DNA of 64,000 nucleotides. It comes from Moniliella sp. 'wahieum'. Lineage: Eukaryota. The DNA lies in the NCBI GenBank assembly GCA_003971905.1, contig RSEE01000081.1:124001-188000 (forward strand). The letters run 5' to 3'. This document shows positions 11,586 through 23,104 of this stretch, piece by piece (the first letter of the stretch is position 1; the number at the start of each line of letters is the position of its first letter). Below the pieces are notes generated by a model that saw only the letters and a program-made list of their open reading frames with translations, searched no databases and was not told where the DNA came from. The position numbers and the translations under genes were made by a program.

Positions 11586-14500
11586 ATGAGTGCCCCTGAA
11601 AGCACCGCCTCCGGCCTCGCCGCCGGTGACTGCGCGCAAGGCCCAGAGCACCTACGTGGCCCATCTCAAGATCTGGGAAAGCACCAACGACGGGTCCCTT
11701 TCCCCACCCCCAGCCGCAAGGGCCGCTACCTCATCCTCAGCACCGATCCGGGAGGCATCACTCTCCACAAGGCCAAGCGGAACGCCAACGCGACCTTCTC
11801 CATCGGCAAGGAGTGGGACCTGCGTCTCCTGCAGGCCGTCCAGGCCTACACTGTACGTTCAGCCCCCTTCCCCTGCTGGCTGCCTTGGTGTGCGCATGTA
11901 CTCACCCCTTCTGCCTTGCTGCCCACCCGACTCCTTCTCTCTGACCTTTGCGCGGACGTACAAGTGGCAGAGCGAGCGGCCGCGCGCGACCAGCATGCGT
12001 TCCTCACTGCTGTGGTGCATGTTGCGCGCAGCCACACGGGTTCCGACCAGCTGCCGATCGTGACGGGGCTGGATCTTGGTCCTTCGGCCCACCCGTCCGC
12101 GCCTTCGCTCGTCCCTTCCGCCACGTCTTCCGGCCCGGCACTGGGTGCGTCCCTGACTCCCGTCGCGCCGTCCGGCACGACATTTACGCGCCGCCCCAGT
12201 GCTTCCAGCTCCTCCTCCCGCGCCCCCACGCCAGACGCTCTGGCTCCGACCTTCTCCCAGCCCGCCGGACCGACTCCAGGTCTGCTCTCCCGCTCCCGTT
12301 CTCGCAACGGGGTCACCTCGCCCCCGCCCATGTCTTTGCCCCGTGCTTCGCCTTCTCCTACCCCTGGGTACGCTCCCCACCCCCCCACCCTCCTGCCCCA
12401 GCCATCGTCGAACCGATCAAGAGGACTTGCAAGGTGCCTACGACGCTTACGATGACGGGGCCTACTCCCCGCTGCATGTTCCTGCCCCCCTGCTGTTGCC
12501 TGTGACGGTACCTGCGCCTGCGCCTGTGCCCGCACCTGCAGCACACGTACCTGTCCCCTCTTCCACCCCGTCCATACCGCCTCTTACCACACACTTCCTC
12601 CCCTCTTCCACCCCATTCGCTCCTGCCGCCCCGGACCTCGCCCATACCGATCGCGCCGTCTCGCCCGTTCAGGGAAGACCGGGACTTACCCCCCCGGGAC
12701 CCAGGACGGGGTACCGCTCGCTCGCTCCGCCGCAAAGCTAGTGTCAACCAGGGCAAGTTGAACGCTCGATCCCCCTCGCCTCCGGGGGACACCCCTGCGC
12801 TCCCTACCTCTCAACTCCTTCTCCCGCTCCTGCACCTGTACCCTGCACCCTACCTGCACCGTACCTGCACCCGTACCTGCACCCGTACCTGCACCTGCGC
12901 CCCTAGTAGCTGCACACCCTCATTACAAGTACCGGGCGCTGACTTCCTCTGCCCGGACTGAGCCATTTCCTGCTTCGTCCAACGGCTCCGCGTTCCGTGG
13001 GGCAAGACCAAGTTGTCCTCCCGTGCGCGCTTGAGTTCGATCGAGCCGCTCGAGGTGGGCGCGGCGTACGAGCGGATGTTGTTGGCCGGAACGGGATGCG
13101 GAACGTGAGCCAAGCGCTGGGTGAAACGCCGAGGAGGAGCAAGAGGAAGAGGAGGAAGAAGGTGGAGCTGAAGGCAAGAGCCAAGCTAAAGGCGATACGA
13201 GTATAGACAAGGACAAGCAGAGTGACAAGTACAAGACCAAGGCTAAAGAGAAGGAGAGGGATGCCAAAGTATTGCCCGGACCTGAGGAAGGAGGAGAAGA
13301 AGGTACCCTACTCAGTGTCGAGGAGCTATTGGAAACGTACGAGTGGAATCAACGTGCCGGTTTATCGGCTTTGGGCCGGGAACGGCGGATGCCATCGGTG
13401 ACGGAGGCTGCGCCGGTGGGTGCGGCCGAGGCGATCGAAGCGTCGTTGAAGGAAGAACTGCGTGCGGTGGATGCGGCCACACATATCCATGGTAGAGAGA
13501 GTGACGATCGGGTCAAGTACGTTGAGAAGCACATTGCCGAAGCGTTGGAAGAGCTAGAACAGATGGACCATTTGATCCTTACGTTTAAACTCTCCCTCAA
13601 CGCACGCTTGGACGACATTGCCTTTGTCGAGTCCCAAAACCGCGGATTTCAAGTCCACATGGCCAACCAACAGCAGTTGGCCGAGGAACTATCCAACGTG
13701 TTTAGCACGGTGCATGTCGATCAAGCTACGACCGAGGCACTGCGCCATGCGCCTCTCGATACGCTCCAAGGTGTAGGGGAGAGCGATAGCTGCAACGGCT
13801 CTCTATAAGTCACTTCTGCGTGACGCCGAGTTTGCCATGACTGGGGACGAAGGAACCGGTGTGGCACCGCGTGCGCGGCAGGCCAAGATGCAAGAATACC
13901 GTGCGCTCAGTGACCAGTTCAGTGCTCGGATCAAGGACTTTTTGGTCCAGGCCATGGAACGGCAAATTTGGGCGCTTCGCTCGATGCAGGACCAGAAACG
14001 GGACCAACGTCTGGCCACCGCTTTGGCTTCGTTACGCGCGGGTGGAACGGGCGCACGAGAAATCTTACAAGACCACGCTTTGCTCGAAACCGCTTTCGAG
14101 ATGTACTGTGGTGTCCTGTTGTTTGTCAAGGAAGTTTCCCCACCCATCTTTGCCCAGCTTAGCGCCTCCTACCTGGCCCAAGTCAGCGAGGTGTACAAGG
14201 CCGATTTTGTTGCTGTCTTTCGTGCGGTGCGCGGACGGGTGCGTAAGGCCACGGAAGAAGAGCTGGCAGATATCTCATTTGCCTCGGCAGCACCCAAGGG
14301 GTTGCCCCCAGCGGCAGGCATGCTGCGGTCCGGTACGGTGCGAAGAATGGGAACCACAATGGGGATCGGGCGGGGGGAACGGATTCGTTCTGCCGCGGTC
14401 GCAGGAAGGCGATGGGATCGGGATTGCGGGTGGGTTGGCGTTCTCGTGTTGCTGGCGAGTGGGTTGCCGATCGTTCGGAGAGAACAGGCGTTCATTGCGG

Positions 14501-15725
14501 ATTTCCTGCACATTAACGACAACCAAATCACGTTTTCCAACTACATGGACCTGGGTGGGTTCTTTGACCACCAGGCCGCGCTCGTGTTCCGAGAACACGC
14601 AAAGGATAAAGGTGGACTGCGCAACATGCACGATGCGTTGGCGCTATGCTTTGGATTCTTTGTCCAGGAGGCGCAAACGTTTGCCGACTACGTGGTGCAG
14701 ATGGACAGGATCCAGATGGTGTCCTTACTTTCTGCCCTGGATGGCGCGGTACAGGAAGCGACAACGATGCAGAATGAGTTCCTGATCAAGAGTCTGGGCA
14801 AGTTGCGTGCCCGACTGGCAGGCCAGTTGGACCAGTACGTTGCCCAACAGATTCGCGCCATTGAGCAGACACGTTTATCAGCCAAGAAGGGAACAGGTGT
14901 AACACACTTGTTCGGACGTTGCCGCTGTTTGTGGAAAAAGTCGAATCTCAACTCGCTCTCGTCCCTCCCCCGCCTAATGCGAGCATCCGCCGCGCCGTCG
15001 ACTCATACTACACCCAGATCAGTACCGCGTGCTTCGATGCGCTGCAGGCGATGGCCAAGATGTCCAGTGCCAACGCCTCCTTGGCCGGAACCGCCGGCCC
15101 CGAAGCGGAAGACAAGGGTGTGCTCTATGCCCACATTATCCTCATTGAAAACGCACGTTACCTGCGCCGCGAGCTCGGGCGGCGGGAACAACCAGTACCA
15201 CAACCACTTGGCCGACGTCCTGGCTTCCGTCGCAGGACGCGCAGAGACGATGTTGGCAGACGCATTGTTGTCGTATGTGGTGGCGGTGCTACGACGGCCA
15301 TTGGGCAAGTTGGTCGACTTTACAGAAGGAGTGGAAGAACTGTTACGGTCCACGCCAGCGGGCGAGGTGACGTTGCACACGCAGTATGCCCGACACGCAT
15401 GGAAGCGTCTAGGGAAAGAGTACACGGGCAAAGAAACGCGCAAGGCGGTGGAAACTTTGTCCCGGCGCGTGCAGAAACACTTTGGTCTCGGGCTCGACGA
15501 GGAGGAAGCTCCAATGGAGCAACAGGGACATTGGAATGCCGATTTGGACGAGGAGTGATGCAACAGGCGTGGCGCGTCGCAGCGGAACAGGCGGCTCGCG
15601 AAGTGGAACGGTTCCTTGTTGTCCTCCGGGCTGTTTGGCCAGATAACTCGATCGCATTTGAATTGACCGTCCCAGAACTTAACCGCTTCTTTGCCGCTTG
15701 CCCACCTACCACGCGCCGACGCTGA
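11586..15725 (+). CDS. SEC3: Exocyst complex component Sec3; frameshifted
   Basis: N-terminal PIP2-binding region YVAHLKIWE...KGRYLILS...LHKAKRNANATFSIGKEWDL. Pro-rich linker. Coiled-coil DDIAFVESQNRGFQVHMANQQQL. C-terminal YAHIILIENA, RRPLGKLVDFTEGVE, RKAVETLSRRVQKHF. Intron ~11853-11930. Confidence 0.93.
12829..12900 (+). repeat. 12-bp tandem repeat (CCTGCACCCGTA-like) encoding Pro-Ala-Pro-Val in the Sec3 linker
   Basis: cctgcacctgtaccctgcaccctacctgcaccgtacctgcacccgtacctgcacccgtacctgcacctg. Confidence 0.8.
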
Positions 15726-16661
15726 GAACCCACCGCACAGGATCCTCGCGGGCAAGGTACAATTGAACCAAACGACTGAGATTGTCGATTGTCGATCGTC
15801 GATTGTCGACCGATCTTTTGTCATGAATCGTGCGGCCGTCTAGCATTTGGGATCGATCTTCTCGATGATCCACCCCCCTTTCCAAGTACATGAGAATTGT
15901 CCAGAAGTATTCGGTGGCAGGTGAAGGTGTGCCGGCCAAACGACGGCAGTTCGTAGGATAATCTACTGCCATTGTTGTCTGATCGATGGATGCATGAACA
16001 GAATAAAGGAGGGATTCTTGAGGCATACTATGAGGGGTCGCCCAGGCCGGCGACCGCCAGCGATATGTGGAGAGATGGTTTCTTGCCCCTCATAGTGTAC
16101 ACTCTCTACTGTTGCGTCAGTGGGTATCCGCCACGTCTTCTCCACCGCCATTCGTCCTTAGGGATATATGATGTCGATTGTATGTTGATGAGGCCAACTG
16201 ACGCCTTAGTACTTATGTAGAGACTGTTGTGCGCCCTCTTCTGTTGAGCTGGATGGCTCGTGCTTTGGCCAAATGATGTCCCTTCTTTCCTCCTCACAGG
16301 CCTGGAGTTCCGTTGTTTATCTCTCCTGTTTTCACTTGTTCCGCAGCTAACCCTACGGCGACTCGCTGTTGATGTTCCTCTGTAGTAGCATTGCTGGTTG
16401 CCACACCACCACTGAAAGTGGTCTCGAACGACTGCTGCCCCTTCAATTACACTCGCCTATACTATCCATTCAAAAGAAGAACACGCTCTGTGCTAGTAGT
16501 AATAACTCGTAACACTCAATCGATGAATTGCCTTCGGAAACCCACAACAAACACGGATGTGCCTGTATACCGAAGCTTTCTCGTACAAAGTGGCGCCTGT
16601 TGTTCCCCACGGGGCGTCCTTTTGTGGCCTCCTCCCTCAGCACCACTAGCTTGCCTGCCCC

Positions 16662-18312
16662 TCAGATGGGAATCTCACCATCGGACGTATGCTGAGCCAG
16701 TGCGCCCAGGCAGCACGTCACCGCAACCATCTTGTTTGGCCAATGATTTCCCGCTCTACCAATACTTGTTTGGCTCCGCCCAAACTGTGCGCGACGATGC
16801 CCAAGTGGGCCAAATCGTTCTACCCCGTATGGCGTGGCAGGAAGAGCGCCAAGTTCGACGTGCCAAGCTGCGTCATGCACATCCTAACCAGTCCTTCGCC
16901 ACTGAGGGGTGCCAAGCGATTGAGTGAATAATACGTCCGCTCCCCATTCCGCGTATTCCTCACCTGGAGGGGCGTTGGCCCGCCGGGCCCAGCTCGTTCA
17001 CCGCGACACGTCATTGCAAGCCTTGCTGAGCATCCTTCGCAGGTGCTTGCGTTTGCTTTGAGCCTTGGCATTTTCCCCTTGGCACGCTATGCAGTGCCTC
17101 CATCAGCTCCGTTATCTTGACCTTGGCCTGGCCCGCTCCGTCTCCCACTGTTCCCGTTCTGAGCCTGATGGCCCTTTTGGTTCTCCACTGCTTTCGTACC
17201 CTATCCCCCCCCAGGCAGGACAAAGGAAGACGGCATCAAACTTCCACTGGGACCAGGCACCCCAGTCGCCCTCCATCTTCTCCGCTTGTACCTCCTCCTT
17301 GCTTGCCCCACATAGCCGACCATACGTCGCGGCCCATTCGACCGCATCGGCCAAATAATTGTCACCTTCCTCCACACGGCATACGTGCATTATGCCGTGC
17401 CAACTCAACCTTGATCGGGTCCACATCAATCCCGACTACATGGGGGAATGGCGGGCTAAACCAAGCAGGTTGCCCCAGCGCCACAAAACACATCCAATAC
17501 CGTACCCGTTCGCGTGCCGACGATCCAGCCAAACTGCTGGCCATGTGTGCGCAATGTGCGTTGCAATGCCTTCAGGCGTGATACTGTACAAGCTTTCGCG
17601 GTCCAAAGCGTATCCTGCGCGTCAAAGTTAGGGAACAACGTGTAGCGCGCATACCAGTACTTGTGCATGTCCTCCTTCATGTCTTCTTTCCGGATCAAAA
17701 CGTGAGGGTGCATCCAATCGGGTAAGGAACCGAGCCAGTTGTCGTGCCGTGCCGTTGCCATTGGCTTCTTCTTCGTTTTCTTTTTTCCCGTCTCTTCATC
17801 GTCTTCTTTCACCTTCTCTTTATTCTCCTCTTCTCCCGCGTTTCCTTCACCTTCTTCCCATTCGCATTGGTTTGCATCTGTTTCTGCTGGTTCAGTTCCT
17901 CCTTCTTTACCAAAGCGTCTTAGGGGATCCAGCTCCTCACCTGTGTTCCGCGCATTCCGGGCCTGTTCGGATGCACAGTCTGGACCAAGGGCCGACTCCC
18001 AGCAAAACCCACAATGCGCATCTGTTGACGCTCATCTCGCTGGCGCTGGAAAGTGGGCAACTGCCATGCGTGAATCGGGATGGCTGCAACCCTGAATGCC
18101 ACATTGGGGGGCAAGCCCTCTTCTGGGATCAGTACAGGGTTGGAGGACGGCCTCACCCCTACTCCGACTAGGACATTGTCAAGTCCAGTGTAAGGGGGAA
18201 GCTTGCGATACGGATGGGGAGGGGGAGGGGGAGGAGACCCCTGTGATTCTCTGTGGCGTTGTGCGTGCTGTTTCGCAGGAATGAGGGGAAGCGTATTTTC
18301 CCGCCGAGGCAT
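16662..18312 (-). CDS. TGS1: Trimethylguanosine synthase (snRNA/snoRNA cap hypermethylase); frameshifted
   Basis: HKYWYARYTLFPNFD, SLYSITPEGIATHIA, VLDVFCGAG, VVGIDVDPIKVELARHNA, DAVFL-PPWGG, LALFLPRHT: the conserved Tgs1 methyltransferase blocks in order. Confidence 0.92.
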
Positions 18313-19954
18313 GTTCACTGGCAAGGAGGAAGTGGACGCGCTAAGGCGTGGGTTACAGGGTGGATTTGGGTCCGTGGTGGCTGTGCATTGGTCCAGGACC
18401 CATGATTGTAGTGGTGTTGGGCAGGTGGGTGGGTGCGTGTGGGTGAGCGATAGTGAATTGGTTGAGGCGACGTAGTTGGAGACGGGAGATGGTGGTCGCA
18501 GCACAAGGTAGTAGTTATATATAAGCGAAATATATAAGCGAAATGTGAAGAGAAAATGAAGCGGTCATGGGACTGAAAGGTTGCCTTGAGGGCGAGTCGA
18601 GATGAGAGCGCTTAGCTGGCAAGCAAGACGCGGTATCCCATCTGTTAACCAAGTTTCTCTTCCCTTGGCTCGTGCACAGCTTTCAGCTCCCCAACGCCTG
18701 CTGACCATCCGTCGAAAAAGGCCGCAGATTGGGCTAAATACCCCGCCGTCACAGGACCAGAGAGGCGAGGGGTGCATTTGAACAGAGCGAAGGAGGGAAC
18801 GTCCGCACCGCGGTTGGATGTCAGCAGGAAGTGGCACCTAACTTTCCTCTTATAGTAGTAACTACTACTAATAAATCTCGATAAACTCTTTTTACCTTGT
18901 CATATGATGGGTCGCACCAGTACATAGTTATCTCTCCCTTTCCCTCCCCGTTTCCAGTTCACGTTTTTCCAGCCAATCCGTGGGACACCGCTGTCGTCCA
19001 TTTATCACCACAGCTGCGTGGGGCAAAGATTGACTGCCACACAGACATCCGACTGATACGACACTGTTTTTGCAAGCGAAAGAATGGACAGCAAAAACTA
19101 AACACTAAAATGAACGAATTATGGGGCTCATCCAGCGACAACGATAGGGCCGAATCAGCTGCGTGTGCACAATAGGAGCAGGGTGTCAGTGACCCTATAA
19201 CAGGGCTGGGTAACGAGGGTCTTCAACCAAAGGGGCTCTCGAGCCCAAGATCTGAGGGGAAACATACTAACAGAGACGGGAAAAGATAGTACGATACACA
19301 GGGCAGCATACTTGGACAAAAAACAATGGCCTGGCATGCAGGGGAACAAGGGAACTATAGGCGAAGAGGAGAGAGTGCATAAGAGGGGAAATGCCCTCCG
19401 AAGAGTAAAAGACGGTACTGACCATGTACCGGCTCATCAGTTGTGCCCCCGTTGCCTATGTCCACCACAATTGCTGCCTCCCAACAAAGATTGGCCGAAC
19501 GGTCACATTCAAAGTCTTTGTCCCAGGTAACGAAGACAACACTAGCGTCTACAGGGAAAGCTACGATGGGATTGCCCCGCGCTCGACGCCAGCGCCGTCG
19601 GTTGCACAATGCACATCGTTTTGGAAGCAACAAAAGATGAACCATCACATCTTACCTGGGCCAGAAAGTGAATTACAAAGGGCAGTCCAACCCTTAGTTC
19701 AGCAGCGTAGGCCGATCAAAGAAGTGATAGTCGGCGTACCGATAGCCATTGAATACGTCAACCAGACGTATCGGGTTTACCGTGTAGGTAGACAAACCGC
19801 ACCCCACACCTATACCCGGAAAGACAACGGCCCAACCAAACCGGTTCTTTCGGCCACCACCACTCGCTGGCTCCTCCCCTCCCCCACCTCCCAGGGATAA
19901 GGGATATGGGGAGGGAGGGGGGGAGATGCGCCCCATGACGATAACTACCTCTCA

Positions 19955-20456
19955 TTAAGCGTCCGACAACTCCCGCAACCGACGAATGGTGCTGCGGACC
20001 GTAGCAGCGGCCGTGGTGGACAAGGCCCATGCACCGCCCGCCACCTGCTTCTTGCATGCACGGCAGTCCCAAATCCCCACCGCACGCCGCTTCACGGCGT
20101 CCTTGCCGCAAAACGCGCACGTGTACCGCGCATGCTGCGAAATCTCAATCTTCTTCACCTGCCGCCGCAGCGTAGACCCGTACCGCGTACCGTACTTGCC
20201 AGTAATCCCAACTTTTGTCGTGCGCTTGGACTATGGCGGGAAAAACGCACGTAGGTCATAGGTTAAAGTCAGCACTCGCCTAGCGGTCCGCCAAATGTCC
20301 GCCTCCGCCAAGTTGTGAGTGAAGTGACTAGCACCGCAGGGCCCACACTGGCTTGGTACTCGGACTCGACATGCGCGCCAAGAAGAAGATCGATAGAGCA
20401 AGACGAACTGGGTGTGGAGGGGTGGATTTAGGGGGAGGGGGAGAAAGACGCACCAT
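19955..20456 (-). CDS. RPL43: 60S ribosomal protein eL43 (L37a)
   Basis: Exon 1 is the ATG at 20454-20456. Intron 20231-20453 (GTGCGT...GCTGAC...TAG). Exon 2 reads [61 protein letters not shown] with a C4 zinc ribbon and an intact frame. Confidence 0.98.
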
Positions 20457-20763
20457 ATCGAGAGCGGGTGGCCTAGTGGTGTTGGGTGTCCGGGCGTCGG
20501 GATCAGCGTCACCAGCGATTGGCGGGGTAATGCACGTGCAGCAGCAAGGCATAAGGCAGGCGGGGCGCAATAAAATATTTTCACAGGTTTACTGGACTTG
20601 CCCATAACGTGTAACTGGCTCTCCATAATAACAGGCTTTGAACACATGCGGACCCTATGCATGGGCTTCATGAGCGAAAGGACTGGTCCACACATCAGAA
20701 GCTAGCCACCTGGAGTCCCTAGCCCCTTGTTGAAAACAGATGCGGCCCTGGAGACACCAAAAA

Positions 20764-20850
20764 GGGGTACACCCGGATTGAACCGAGGACCTCCTCTATA
20801 TTGGGAGATGACAACCCAAAAGAGGCATGATACCACTACACCATGTACCC
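20764..20850 (-). tRNA. tRNA-Pro (TGG) with intron
   Basis: Reverse complement GGGTACA TG GTGTAGTGGTATCAT G CCTCT TT TGG G [intron] T AGAGG AGGTC CTCGG TTCAATC CGGG TGTACCC. Acceptor and anticodon stems pair, and an oligo-T terminator follows. Confidence 0.9.
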
Positions 20851-21193
20851 TGTTGAATAGGCAGGAACCGTTAGATATAGACTGTTTTGCTTGTCAGCCG
20901 GATTATCCCTATTGGCCACTCTTTGCATCAGCAGGTTGACCTTGCAGATGAGGGCATGGAGGAGGGACGACTATCGCCCTGCTGGCGTGTTGGCCGGCGT
21001 ATTCATACACTGAGAGGCAGACATGGATTTTGCTTTTCTGGCACATATGTGCCTTCTCTTCGGGTTGAGAGGTACCGTAACTACGGGTGGGGTACCGCAA
21101 ATAGCACCTGTTATGAATAACTTCGAGGGTTATAACAAGCGTGCGGGCGCAACGGGCATGTGAGATAGGGGATACACGAAACGGTCCAAAAGT

Positions 21194-21289
21194 TCTCCCC
21201 TCTGGGAGTCGAACCCAGGACATCAGAGCGGACTTAATGTCCACGTGACCAATTACAATCTGACGCTCTTCCAACTGAGCTAAGGAGAG
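21194..21289 (-). tRNA. tRNA-Tyr (GTA) with intron
   Basis: Reverse complement CTCTCCT TA GCTC AGTTGGAA GAGC G TCAGA TT GTA A [~24 nt intron] TCTGA TGTC CTGGG TTCGACT CCCAG AGGGGAG A. C1:G72 and A73 are typical of eukaryotic tRNA-Tyr. Confidence 0.92.
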
Positions 21290-21639
21290 GTGATTGTGGA
21301 CTGGCCTCGTATGCTGATAGAATTCAGGTTCATACAGATCGTGTACAACAAAACGGGACTACAGAAACAGACACCTTATCTGCGTAATGCACCTGCGTTT
21401 CGCTGTAGCACGACAACAAAAGAGTGTCCCCGAAGTGACATAGGTGATGGACAATCTATGCCGAAGATATGAGAAGAAGCAAGATCAAGATATCGATGAG
21501 ATGATCGATTATGGAGCGCGATGGGAGGGAGTATAGTATACATGCGTCAACTTACACAGATCGAAATGCAGAATCCCCCCAGGGCTGAAGAGGGGAGGTG
21601 AGGGTGAATATCATGTGCAGAAACGTCCTCATTGCCGCC

Positions 21640-23104
21640 TCAAGGATCGGCCCCGAGGAGTTGCAGAATCTCGTCCCAGGACTGAGATTTGCTGGTAAAA
21701 AGCAGTCTTGCCAATGACCAGATTGGTAAGCAAGGTTTTCAGCTCGCGTTGCTTGGTGTCGGTAAACAACTGGTCCTCTTCCGTCACTCGCGCAGCAAAG
21801 CAGCTCACCTCCTCATGACTTGTGCTCAATGCATGTCGTACCTCCTCAATCCGTGCATCGAAGCGCTGCATCCGCTCTATCCGGCTCCGCTCCTCGTCCA
21901 CCCCACGTAGAAGGTCGAGGCGGTCGTCGTGTAGGTACCCCTCAGTCCAGCGGAATGCACCCGACCCTGCCCCAAGGACGCCAGGCGGGCACGCTCAGCG
22001 ACGATCCCAGAAAGATGAGTGGTGAGGTATCGCAGATCTTTTGTTTCTCTGCTGGGTTTGAAGGACGCTGAGGTACGCCTGGTTGTAGGCCAGGAGGAGG
22101 CAGAGGGGGGGTGAAGTCGTGTGGCCATGCTCTGCACACTCAAAACGCGGCCCTGTGGCTAAACTTTGCCCGACCGGATAGAGCAGGGCCAAGTCGGGTT
22201 CGAGCTGAGCTAGAATACCTAGCGAGGATGCCAGTTCCTCGTACTCTCTCCTAGGGGGAGGTGTGGGCAGTCTCAGTCTCAAGAGCCAGGCTGAGGGAGG
22301 TGAAGTTGTCACGAAATTCGGTAAGACTGGTCATGAGGGGCGTTGGAAAGGGATTGTTGCGTCCCTTGGGAGACAGGCGGTGAGCATCCTGTCCCACGTC
22401 TCGCCTAATCTGGGCGACTGATTGGGCGAGACGTTTCGGCGAGGCGGCCAGATGGGCATGCATATCCACTGCCTGGCATGGGGTAGTACGGGTTAGATTA
22501 TGTCCAGCCAGAGCACGTGGGGAGATAGGGGAGGTAACGCACCCATTCTCTCGAGAAGAGGAAAAGCACATAGCACGGTGCTCCTTCGCAGCACTGGGTG
22601 GGCGCACACCCTCTCAAAAAAGTTTGGAGATCAGTAGTGCGGCGTAGCAGAAATTCCTTGCCAACCGGTCCCCGCCCAGGTGGGTCGCCAATCGGTGTCG
22701 GTCAGGCAGCGGGGGGATCAACATCCCTGCCACTCGCGATGCAAGGCGTCATGGAGAAAGGCAAAGTCGCTGTAACGTCGCCTGAGCTCGCACTGGCAGC
22801 CGGGAAATGGGGCAGGTCGGTGCGGGTGCGGACGAGGTAGGAGACATACACCCGACCCGCCTTGCTTTTGCGGGGCACCATCTCCCTTTGCTCTTCGCTC
22901 GAGCTGGGCGAAAGGAAGGTGTCGCGGCTAACAAGGGCAGGGGTGATGGGCAACCGACGCCTCCTTGTGCGGGTTGAGCACTTGGACGCGGACGTACCCC
23001 GTCTGCTGGGTAGGCATGACAACATGAGGTGGTGGGGGAAAAGCATCTCTGGATTCTGGCGGTCTGTGCCAGTGCAGGCTGACGCGCTGACAGCGCCGAC
23101 ACAT
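21640..23104 (-). CDS. PX-BAR sorting nexin, Snx4/Atg24-like; frameshifted, start uncertain
   Basis: PX domain: VQVLNPHKE...VYVSYLVRTRTDLPHF...EFLLRRTTDLQTFLERVCAHPVLRRSTVL. Then a helical BAR-like region ending EERSRIERMQRFDARIEEV...FTDTKQRELKTLL...QSWDEIL. Intron ~22472-22543. Confidence 0.75.

Noticed and set aside
16347..16355. CTAACCCTA, a 1.5-repeat match to a TTAGGG telomerase RNA template
   Set aside because: A few such 9-mers are expected by chance in 64 kb. It lies only ~300 bp from the convergent TGS1 3' end, and no supporting structure was seen.
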